Origin: Smithella sp.
GTDB taxonomy: Bacteria > Desulfobacterota > Syntrophia > Syntrophales > Smithellaceae
DNA length: 64,000 nt
Direction of reading: 5' to 3'
Assembly: GCA_049517435.1 (NCBI GenBank)
Contig: JBEKRZ010000003.1
Coordinates: 2,453-66,452 of the forward strand
Shown here: positions 56,251 to 64,000 of the stretch, in pieces
Numbering within the stretch: the first letter of the stretch is position 1
Layout: every line of letters starts with the position of its first letter
The notes under the pieces: model-generated
What the model saw: only the letters and a program-made list of their open reading frames with translations
Database searches by the model: none
Told to the model about the DNA's origin: nothing
Translations under genes and position numbers: made by a program

Positions 56251-58074
56251 TCAATTATCTCTTTGTCCTTTTTGCATTGACGCCCGCCGTGTCGCGTCCA
56301 GTTCCATTTTCCGCAGGCGCACGCTTTGGGGAGTTACTTCCACCAACTCATTCTCGGAAATGAATTCGATGGCCTGATCCAGAGACAGAACACGCGGCGG
56401 CCGGAGAATTATTGTGGCATCAGATGTGGATGCTCGCATATTCGTCAACTTTTTTTCTTTAGTGATATTAACATCCATATCGCCTGTACGGTTGCGCTCT
56501 CCCACTACCATTCCTCCATAAACTTCCGTGCCGACTTCCACGATCATTTCTCCACGGTCTTCCATGGCGAAGCTGGCGTAAGACGTGATCCGTCCGGGAC
56601 GGTCAGCCACTAAAACACCGCTCATGCGTTGAGGAATCGGGCCGAACCAGGGAGCATAACTTTCCAACAGCGAATTCATTACTCCGCCGCCTTTGGTGTC
56701 CGTCAAGAACTGGCTGCGAAAGCCGATTAAACCTCGAGACGGGATTAAAAATTCCATGCTGACTCTGCCACTGCCTTTATTCACGAGGCTCTCTAACCGA
56801 CCCTTGCGCACAGCCAGTTTTTCCGTAATTTTTCCGACAAATTCTTCCGGTATATCCAAAAATAATCTTTCCACCGGTTCCACCGTTTTGCCGTTTTGTT
56901 CTTTGGTGATAACCTGTGGGCGGGAAACCATTAATTCATAACCTTCGCGGCGCATGGTTTCAATTAATACTGCCATTTGCAATTCACCGCGCCCACAAAC
57001 TTCAAAGGCGTTGGTTTTTCCCAATTTCTTTATTTTGATGGCAACATTTCTCAGCGATTCTTTTTCCAGCCTCTCCAGCAAATGGCGAGAAGTGAGAAAT
57101 TTACCTTCTTTGCCGGCGAAGGGACTGTCGTTTACATAAAATATCATAGATATGGTTGGTTCATCGACCAGCAAACGGGGCAGCGGCTGCGGAGATATAA
57201 AAGAAGAAATTGTATCGCCGATAGTGACATTTTCCACTCCGGACAGAGCAATAATATCTCCGGACTCAGCGATAGTCACCGGTTTTTTTGCCAGACCATA
57301 AAAAGTATAAAGAGCGCTTAATTTGACACCGGGAATTATTTTATCTTGGGAGCAAAGGCTGTAATTGGTGTTCATTTCCAATTTGCCGCTTTGCAGACGG
57401 CCGATGGCAATTTGTCCAACATAAGAATCATAATCCAAATTGGTAACCAGAAATTGTGTAATGGCTTCATCATCTCCCTCAGGAGCCGGTACATAATCAA
57501 TGATTGTCTGAAGCAGCGGCTGCAAATCGGCGGAGTCATCGCCCAGCTTTCTATGGCTGACTCCGATTTTGGCATTGGTGTAAAGGATGGGAAATTCAAT
57601 TTGTTTTTCTTCCGCGCCTAAATCGATGAAAAGATCGTAGGAATCATTGATCACTTCGTCAATACGGGCATCACTTCTATCAATTTTATTTATGACTAAA
57701 ATAATCGGCAGGCGCAGTGCCAGAGCTTTTTTTAAAACAAATCTTGTTTGCGGCAATGGTCCTTCACTGGCATCAACCAGAAGGATTGCGCCATCAACCA
57801 TATTAAGGCTGCGTTCCACTTCGCCACCGAAATCGGCATGGCCGGGCGTATCAACGATATTAATTTTTACCCCGTTGTACTCCACGGCGGTATTTTTTGC
57901 AGTGATTGTGATTCCACGCTCTTTTTCCAGATCCATCGAATCCATCACGCGATCCTCTACAACTTGATTAGAACGAAAAACCCCCGTCTGTTTTAATAAG
58001 GCATTAAGCAACGTTGTTTTGCCATGATCGACATGGGAAATAATGGCAATATTTCTTAAATGATCTTTTTTCAT
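56251..58074 (-). CDS. typA: Translational GTPase TypA/BipA
   Basis: 607 aa. [24 protein letters not shown], and BipA-specific C-terminal domains. Confidence 0.95.
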   Translation of the reverse strand: MKKDHLRNIAIISHVDHGKTTLLNALLKQTGVFRSNQVVEDRVMDSMDLEKERGITITAKNTAVEYNGVKINIVDTPGHADFGGEVERSLNMVDGAILLVDASEGPLPQTRFVLKKALALRLPIILVINKIDRSDARIDEVINDSYDLFIDLGAEEKQIEFPILYTNAKIGVSHRKLGDDSADLQPLLQTIIDYVPAPEGDDEAITQFLVTNLDYDSYVGQIAIGRLQSGKLEMNTNYSLCSQDKIIPGVKLSALYTFYGLAKKPVTIAESGDIIALSGVENVTIGDTISSFISPQPLPRLLVDEPTISMIFYVNDSPFAGKEGKFLTSRHLLERLEKESLRNVAIKIKKLGKTNAFEVCGRGELQMAVLIETMRREGYELMVSRPQVITKEQNGKTVEPVERLFLDIPEEFVGKITEKLAVRKGRLESLVNKGSGRVSMEFLIPSRGLIGFRSQFLTDTKGGGVMNSLLESYAPWFGPIPQRMSGVLVADRPGRITSYASFAMEDRGEMIVEVGTEVYGGMVVGERNRTGDMDVNITKEKKLTNMRASTSDATIILRPPRVLSLDQAIEFISENELVEVTPQSVRLRKMELDATRRASMQKGQRDN

Positions 58075-58318
58075 TTTTTAAAATCCTTTTGGGTTATGGT
58101 TTTGAACTGAATTCTCTGATTTACAGCAGTTTTGAACACAACCAATTTTTACTTAGGGATGGTTAAACATAATCTTTCTTCAAAAATCATAGCAAAAAAC
58201 TCATATTTTAACCAGCTATTTCTTTTATAACAATTTATACTGTTTGTTATTCAAAACTTTGATGAGGTCGCTATGACGAGGCGCTACGTTTTTATATTAC
58301 GGTAAGTCAATAATGTTC

Positions 58319-58347
58319 TTGACTTGCAACCACCTTTTTTTTATGCT
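58319..58347 (+). promoter_or_regulatory. sigma70-type promoter
   Basis: TTGACT, a 17-nt spacer, then TATGCT. Located 45 nt upstream of the ATG at 58392. Confidence 0.5.
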
Positions 58348-58391
58348 CCGTGAAATTAATATAAATATTTTGTATCTTTAGGAATACTATT

Positions 58392-59300
58392 ATGCTGAAT
58401 TTTTTGCCGTCAAGTCTTGTGGGAGTGATCGCGGGATTTCTTCTTTTCATTAATGTGTTATTTTGGGTAACTATTTTATATGTGTTCTCCATTCCGAAAA
58501 TCCTTTTTCCCTGGCCACCGTTGCTCCGGGTGATCAACAGAATTCTTCATTGGATTGGAGAAAATTGGATTGCCTGTAACAGCGGGTGGATGCGCCTTAC
58601 TCAAAAAACCCAGTGGGATGTGCAGGGCGTAGAGGGCTTGAATTATCACGGTTGGTATTTGGTCGTCAGTAATCATCAATCCTGGGTTGATATACTAGTG
58701 ATGCAGCATCTGTTGAATCGCCGCATTCCCCTGCTGAAATTCTTTATTAAGAGGGAACTTATTAAAGTGCCGTTAATGGGTCCTGCCTGGTGGGCGCTGG
58801 ATTTTCCGTTCTTATATCGCCACGGCATTGAATACCTGAAAAAGTATCCCGAACAAAAAGGCAAGGATTTTGAAACAACGCGCCGGGCCTGCGAGAAATT
58901 TGCGTATATTCCTACCAGCGTGATGAATTTTCTCGAAGGCACACGCTTTACCGAAGCAAAGCACGACCGGCAAAATAGTGAATACAAATTTCTCCTGCGT
59001 CCCAAATCCGGCGGACTTGCATTGGCGTTAAACGTGCTGGGCGAAAAATTTAATTCCATACTGGATATTACCATTGTATATCCGGATGGAATTCCAACAT
59101 TTAAGGAATTTCTCTGCGGCAAGGTCAAACGTATAATTGTGCGTATGAAGACAATAGAAATTCCGCAACAGTTTTTGCACGGCGATTACGAAGGCGATCA
59201 GGCCTTTCGTGTTGCCATTCACAAATGGGTGCAGCAGCTTTGGCAGGAAAAAGATCTGCAGATACAAGAGCTGAGGAAAAAGGCCGGAGCCATCGAATAA
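58392..59300 (+). CDS. Lysophospholipid acyltransferase family protein (YihG-like)
   Basis: 302 aa. N-terminal TM, HX4D motif (NHQSWVD) and EGTR motif. Confidence 0.8.
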   Translation: MLNFLPSSLVGVIAGFLLFINVLFWVTILYVFSIPKILFPWPPLLRVINRILHWIGENWIACNSGWMRLTQKTQWDVQGVEGLNYHGWYLVVSNHQSWVDILVMQHLLNRRIPLLKFFIKRELIKVPLMGPAWWALDFPFLYRHGIEYLKKYPEQKGKDFETTRRACEKFAYIPTSVMNFLEGTRFTEAKHDRQNSEYKFLLRPKSGGLALALNVLGEKFNSILDITIVYPDGIPTFKEFLCGKVKRIIVRMKTIEIPQQFLHGDYEGDQAFRVAIHKWVQQLWQEKDLQIQELRKKAGAIE

Positions 59301-59413
59301 CCTGGAATTTCCCAACTTGCTTAAATAAAGTATTAATATAACGAAAATCGGAAAATACCAACTTGGTATATTAAATGTTGGCCTAGACAATGTCAGACCA
59401 GAGGTGAGAAATC

Positions 59414-60313
59414 GTGATACAGAGGCACCTAGTTCACAGCTTTCCTCGGCCGAAACCAAGAGAGACTGAGGAATCGACCTTAAGAAGAGCACTTGCGATT
59501 CTTGCATTGATCCGAAAAATCGGACTAGTTCTCGCTCCTGAAATTCTCGATTGGGACCTACGAGCAATTGCCGCAGGAAGCGAAAAACTTCAATTGCTTC
59601 AGCGACGGCTTTGCTTGACAGAAATTTCTCCCTCCGAGCTTTGCCAGCACAGCACAATGTTCGGGCCTATCGCCATTGCATTTGATGTTGAAAAGATGCG
59701 TGACGCATACCACACGAAGTATGTTTTAGAGCGTCTGCAGGAGCTCAAGAACTTAAGCGATCCTGCCTTCGTTGCGGAACATATCCAGAAGCCGGTGGAC
59801 CCAAACTACAACTTGAATTTGCGTAATTCAGATCCTGCTGGAAACATAATTGCTACGTATGACGTACCTGCCAAACAAGTTCAAAGTATGCTCAAGTACG
59901 TTGGATTCAACAACATTCCGTTTGACCATAGCATTGGCATCTTAAGCATATTCCTGAACATGTTTTGTCCCACGGATAATACTCAAACAGGTGAGCAGCT
60001 TGGTTACTATCGTCAGAGGGAGTGGCGCGTGATAGCCGGCGACGTGAAATTAAATGACCGATCGCTCGGGCGGCAACTCTTGGATGAGGAGAAGGCGGAA
60101 CTGTTGGCAATCGATCAACTGTTCTGGGATAAGGTTCTTACTTACGGCGATCACCAAAGTCGACGCTGTGACTTAGCATTGGTTTACAAACCAATCACAG
60201 GTTGGAACGCTTTCGAGTTTGCTGAGGCAATCTATGCTCCCGGACACGCGCTCGAACAAGTTCGGGCAGTAGTAGGTGATGACATTCCCATTTATAGCCT
60301 TCCGAAAGGATAG
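59414..60313 (+). CDS. AbiGi/DUF2971-like protein (possible abortive-infection-type defence gene)
   Basis: 299 aa with a GTG start. N-terminal LVHSFPR and an internal YYRQREWRV motif recall AbiGi-type proteins; this is from memory and the family assignment is uncertain. GC is 47-58% against 30% in the flank. Confidence 0.45.
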   Translation: MIQRHLVHSFPRPKPRETEESTLRRALAILALIRKIGLVLAPEILDWDLRAIAAGSEKLQLLQRRLCLTEISPSELCQHSTMFGPIAIAFDVEKMRDAYHTKYVLERLQELKNLSDPAFVAEHIQKPVDPNYNLNLRNSDPAGNIIATYDVPAKQVQSMLKYVGFNNIPFDHSIGILSIFLNMFCPTDNTQTGEQLGYYRQREWRVIAGDVKLNDRSLGRQLLDEEKAELLAIDQLFWDKVLTYGDHQSRRCDLALVYKPITGWNAFEFAEAIYAPGHALEQVRAVVGDDIPIYSLPKG

Positions 60314-60432
60314 ATTCTTGAGCGCGCACTGGCCCATCAATCGCTTCCAGCCCTCGCTCCGCCATGGCAAATCCGCGGCTGAAGCGGAGCGTTATGCCCA
60401 GCATTCGCCGGGGTTCCCTGCCGGGATGTGTT

Positions 60433-60461
60433 ACCAACAAAAATAACGCTTTGATTTAGAA
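60433..60461. mobile_element. M-family right-end fragment
   Basis: ACCAACAAAAATAACGCTTTGATTTAGAA matches GCCAACAAAAATAGCGCTTTGATTTAGAA of the 42094 copy. Confidence 0.5.
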
Positions 60462-60467
60462 ATGAAA

Positions 60468-61778
60468 TCAAACCGCCATTGGTGATCTGGGCGACCATAA
60501 AGACCGATTACTATTGTCGAAGGAACGCTGCGTCGGCCTTCTTTTTGCTTGCGGCCGGGTAGAAAAAAGCTTTCTGCCTCCATTGAACTTCATTTCGTTC
60601 GCGCCTCGATTGCTATGGGCTGGGGCTTTGTCTGACGGCATTCCGCTGGTTAATCCGTCAACACTGCGGTATTGGAGTTTTTCTCCGAGCACTCTTTTCA
60701 GAGAATGAGCAAGGCCGGCATCCTCGGCTGTCACAAAAGTAAAGGCATCGCCGATTTTGGAGGCGCGCCCTGTTCTGCCGATGCGATGAGTATAGGCATC
60801 CGCAGTTGACGGCATATCATAATTAATAACATGGGAAATTCTTGTCACATCAATGCCGCGGGCGGCGATATCGGTCGCCACCATAATTTCATAACGGCCG
60901 TCGCGGAAGCCGTCAAGAGATTGCTGACGTTTCTGCTGCGATAAATTTCCATGCAGTGAAGTAACCTTATATCCTGATTTATCCAACTGCTGGGCAACGC
61001 TTTTTGCGCGCGATTTTGTCCGGGTAAAGACGAGAACGGAATCAGTTTCGGTACTATCAAGAATATTTTTCAACAGCTCTGTTTTAGAACTCATTTGTAC
61101 CGGGTAAAATTTATGTGCAACCGTTTCTACCGGCGCTGCGTGGCCGATTTGGATATTGACCGGATTTAGCAGAAGATCATTAGCCAGGCTTTTTATATCG
61201 TTGGGCATGGTCGCGGAGAAAAGCAACGTTTGACGCTGCTTGGGAAGATGTTTCACGATTTTCCGGACATCCGGCAGAAAGCCCATATCGAACATATGAT
61301 CCGCCTCATCAAGTACCAGCACCTCTACATGGGATAAATCAATTGTGTTGCGTTGGATATGGTCAAGCAGGCGGCCGGGACACGCGGAAACAATGTCAAC
61401 TTTATCGCGGAGCCTTGATATCTGGCCATTAATGTTCACTCCGCCATAGATGGAGGCGCTGTGGATTTGCGCCCTGCGACCTAATTGCCCTATCGCTTTG
61501 TGTGTTTGTTCACTCAACTCCCGCGTCGGCGCTATGATCAGGGCGCGGATACGGCCGCGCGGCCCCTGCATAAGGCGCTGCAGAATCGGTAGAACAAAAG
61601 CGGCTGTTTTCCCGGTTCCGGTTTGGGCAAGCCCCATAACATCTCGGCCTTCCATAATCGGCGGGATTGATTCTAATTGAATTGGTGTCGGCACTTTGTA
61701 GCCTTGCGCCTGCACGCCGGCAAATATTTTCGCATGTAACTCAAACTTCTCAAAACTCATTATTTCTTTTTCCTTCAT
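60468..61778 (-). CDS. DEAD-box ATP-dependent RNA helicase (RhlE-like)
   Basis: 436 aa; the likely start is MSFEKF at 61760. Motifs AQTGTGKT, DEAD, SAT and HRIGRTGR. Basic C-terminal tail. Confidence 0.92.
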   Translation of the reverse strand: MKEKEIMSFEKFELHAKIFAGVQAQGYKVPTPIQLESIPPIMEGRDVMGLAQTGTGKTAAFVLPILQRLMQGPRGRIRALIIAPTRELSEQTHKAIGQLGRRAQIHSASIYGGVNINGQISRLRDKVDIVSACPGRLLDHIQRNTIDLSHVEVLVLDEADHMFDMGFLPDVRKIVKHLPKQRQTLLFSATMPNDIKSLANDLLLNPVNIQIGHAAPVETVAHKFYPVQMSSKTELLKNILDSTETDSVLVFTRTKSRAKSVAQQLDKSGYKVTSLHGNLSQQKRQQSLDGFRDGRYEIMVATDIAARGIDVTRISHVINYDMPSTADAYTHRIGRTGRASKIGDAFTFVTAEDAGLAHSLKRVLGEKLQYRSVDGLTSGMPSDKAPAHSNRGANEMKFNGGRKLFSTRPQAKRRPTQRSFDNSNRSLWSPRSPMAV

Positions 61779-62089
61779 TTTCAGTATTGGTGACTATTGA
61801 ACCCATTTCTAATCGTTGCGGCTTTTCAATATATGCCATATGCCGCTTTATTGTGCCGGGCAGCATCCGCAAAGATGATATGCATTCATGGCACTATAGC
61901 TGGATTCTATTACGATTAGCTGGATTTTCCTGCCGAAGTTTCCAAGAGAAAAAAGTTAGGAAGGTAATTAACTATCGCTATCACGAGGCACTCTTTACAG
62001 GCATAATTAATAAATAGCAAGGAATATCTTTATGCCGGGATTAATACCAATTAGCTATCGGATACTAAAAGGTTGCTTAACCGGGCATA

Positions 62090-62144
62090 ATACCAAGTAA
62101 GCTTTCAAAAATTCTTATCTTAATTTTTGAAAGCAACTTGGTAT
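62090..62144. repeat. 55-bp near-perfect palindrome with M-family-like ends
   Basis: ATACCAAGTAAGCTTTCAAAAATT-CTTATCTT-AATTTTTGAAAGCAACTTGGTAT. Confidence 0.6.
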
Positions 62145-62204
62145 TATCTTCCTTAAATCATATAAATTGCCGATTCGACATTTTGCCTTCATAGATGCCA
62201 ATAT

Positions 62205-62375
62205 AATCACGGGTATGACCCCCAAAGCAAGCTTTGGGAAATTGTACCCCACAAAGCGGAGGAGAATTCGCTAACTGTAAAGTCCCACATGGCTTCGCAT
62301 GTGGGATAATTCCACTTGCGCTTCGATCTTCATTTCATTTGATCTTAGCGAGTGTCATTAAATTGGAGTTTCAAC
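62205..62375 (-). repeat. H-family modular hairpin element, copy R7 (both termini, inverted orientation)
   Basis: The minus strand reads GTTGAAACTCCAATTTAATGACACTCGCTAAGATC...GGAATTATCCCACATG-CGAAGC-CATGTGGG...TTCCCAAAGCTTGCTTTGGGGGTCATACCCGTGATT. Confidence 0.8.
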
Positions 62376-62552
62376 AACAAAAATACCTTGACATATTCCT
62401 CATAATATTTAAACGTTTGGTTAAACTGGACGGTTAAAAAAGACTTCGTAAAAAACTCTCGGCACGTGTGACCTTCAGGTTATAAGCCGGAATGACTGGT
62501 AATACTTAGAAAAGATTTCTCGAAGCTTTGCTTCGAGAAATGAGAAGCAGTC

Positions 62553-63200
62553 ATGGTGTCAACATTGATTAAAAAAGTAATTGATATAGAAAAACCGGGA
62601 AAGACCGCTGAGAAAATTTTAACGGCGGCACGCGCCGTATTTGCCGAAAATGGTTACAACGGGGCTCATGTTGATGAAATCGCCGAGCGCGCCGGTGTGA
62701 ATAAAGCGACTCTCTATTATCAGATTGGCGACAAGGATACTCTTTACGCCAACGTGATCCATCAGGTACTAGGCAACACTGCCAAAAATATTGCCGGAGC
62801 AGTGGCCAAGGCTGATCATCCGGAAGAAAAGCTTAAAGCTTATATACATTATATCGCTAACACCGTGGATAAAAATCCGGAATTACCGCCGATCATGATG
62901 CGGGAGATTGCCTCGGGCGGCCAAACCTTGCCGCAAGTCGTCGTTGAAGACATTGCTTCAGTCCTGAAAGTATTAATTAGCATTCTCGATCAAGGGAAAA
63001 AGAAAGGAATATTTACGGATACCATACCTTTCCTTATCCACATGATGATTGTGGGAACAATTCTTTTTTATAAAAAGGCTCTGCCGATTAAAGATAGGCA
63101 GTCATGGCTGCCTGCCGCGATTAAAGCCCGTGATAAAAAATTAAAGGGGACTCTGGGTGAGGAAGTGGCGAAGTTGGTGCTAAAGGCGATAAAGAGATGA
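62553..63200 (+). CDS. TetR/AcrR-family transcriptional regulator
   Basis: 215 aa. N-terminal HTH (FAENGYNGAHVDEIAERAGVNKATLYYQIGDK). Confidence 0.88.
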   Translation: MVSTLIKKVIDIEKPGKTAEKILTAARAVFAENGYNGAHVDEIAERAGVNKATLYYQIGDKDTLYANVIHQVLGNTAKNIAGAVAKADHPEEKLKAYIHYIANTVDKNPELPPIMMREIASGGQTLPQVVVEDIASVLKVLISILDQGKKKGIFTDTIPFLIHMMIVGTILFYKKALPIKDRQSWLPAAIKARDKKLKGTLGEEVAKLVLKAIKR

Positions 63201-63235
63201 TCGTCAGGATGGTAAAATCATTATAAATAGCAGTA

Positions 63236-63360
63236 ATACCAATTTGCAGTCAAAAGTATACCGAGGCAGCAAGGAAGAGGCGACGCAGGCGTATTCTAAT
63301 ATACGTCGAGGCGCCGATGACGTAGCCAACAAAGGTAGACGAATGAATGCGAATTGGTAT
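63236..63360. mobile_element. M-family MITE-like element, diverged copy
   Basis: Ends ATACCAATTT... and ...GAATTGGTAT, with flanking GCAGTA/TACTGC extending the inverted repeat. Core is GAGGCGACGCAGGCGTAT-TCTAAT-ATACGTCGAGGCGCCGATGACGTAGCCAACAAAGG. Lies between tetR and the hlyD-like gene. Confidence 0.7.
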
Positions 63361-63398
63361 AAATACTGCGGACAAAAATGTGAAACGGAGGTTGAGCG

Positions 63399-64000
63399 TT
63401 GAAAAAAAGAATAATAATTATCGTTTTTATAATTCTCTTTGTAACAGTCGGATCGCTGGTTTATTTCGGCCAAAAAAATAATCGCGAAAAGGGGCTTTTT
63501 TATTCCGGCACAATAGAAACAACACAGGCGAATTTATCTTTCCAGATTCCCGGGCGTGTTGTTAAGGTCAATGTTCAGGAAGGGCAGCCCGTTACTAAAG
63601 ACCAGATTATCGCTGAGTTGGACCGCGTGGAATTTGAATCACGTTATGAGCAAGCCAAAGCAAATCTGGATCGGGCGCAAAAAACAAAACAGCAACTTCA
63701 AACAGTGCTGGATATCAACAAGAAAACGCTGCCCTCGGAAGTGGCCAGAGCCACGGCGGCCGTGAATAGCGCCAGAGATACTTTGATAGATGCCAAAAAG
63801 AATTACCAGCGGTTCGAGGAACTATTTGGAAAGGGTGTGGCTACGGAAAAAGAGAGGGATACATTGAAGCTCAACTATGAAGTGGCCCAATCACGGCTCG
63901 CTGAAAGTGAATCCATGCTGAAACTGGCGCAGGGTAATTTAACCAGAATAGACGCCGCCAAGCAGGATATCGAGGTAGCCTCTGCGCAAATCAATTCGAT
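63399..64000 (+). CDS. HlyD-family periplasmic adaptor / membrane fusion protein (5' part; runs off window end)
   Basis: Absent from the ORF track. A TTG start follows a GGAGG ribosome-binding site. The translation is LKKRIIIIVFIILFVTVGSLVYF...GTIETTQANLSFQIPGRVVKVNVQEGQPVTKDQIIAELD..., followed by a coiled coil. tetR lies upstream. Confidence 0.8.
   Translation, partial: MKKRIIIIVFIILFVTVGSLVYFGQKNNREKGLFYSGTIETTQANLSFQIPGRVVKVNVQEGQPVTKDQIIAELDRVEFESRYEQAKANLDRAQKTKQQLQTVLDINKKTLPSEVARATAAVNSARDTLIDAKKNYQRFEELFGKGVATEKERDTLKLNYEVAQSRLAESESMLKLAQGNLTRIDAAKQDIEVASAQINS

Noticed and set aside
60195-60440. 81-aa minus-strand ORF overlapping the 3' end of the Abi-like gene
   Set aside because: It is mostly antisense to a better-supported gene, and the open frame is a consequence of high GC. 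The non-overlapping part may be a foreign-gene remnant, but it is not callable.
62388-62416. TTGACA at the edge of H element R7 as a tetR promoter
   Set aside because: No acceptable -10 hexamer lies at 16-18 nt spacing (CATAAT is only 7 nt away).

Overview
A 64 kb chromosomal segment of mixed housekeeping and accessory genes. Most genes are about 35-45% GC, with three GC-richer inserts. It looks like an anaerobe of the Desulfobacterota type; this is inferred from gene content only (sigma54 regulators, cytosolic [NiFe]-hydrogenase, B12-radical SAM enzymes, N-ATPase). Main coding content, in order: (1) a complete N-type ATPase operon atpDCQRBEFAG on the minus strand, preceded by two paralogous sensor-like genes, a sigma54-type promoter and a PAS histidine kinase / NtrC-type regulator pair; (2) Nudix, LemA, nucleotidyltransferase and TPM genes; (3) two orphan B12-binding radical SAM genes; (4) an ExeA-like ATPase with LysM and SPOR domains; (5) a GC-rich 1000-aa lectin/DUF11 adhesin behind a candidate c-di-GMP-I riboswitch; (6) a group-3-like [NiFe]-hydrogenase operon; (7) hsp20-lon, hrpA, an ALDH/hydrolase/Fe-S/nitroreductase/FabG block, prfC, typA, a DEAD-box helicase and tetR-hlyD. 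Two things seem most worth follow-up. The first is an operon encoding an enolase-superfamily enzyme, a tandem-PilZ protein with a GNAT-like C-terminal half, and a GAF-PAS-HD-GYP protein. The second is a dense set of intergenic repeats: a directional, modular hairpin element with conserved ends and variable interior (7-8 copies, some inside operons), a MITE-like family with ATACCAATT termini, a roughly 115-nt structured repeat, and 5'-truncated radical SAM gene tails each followed by a promoter-like box. No rRNA, tRNA, CRISPR array or transposase gene was found. All calls come from reading the sequence and from memory of protein families; no searches were run.
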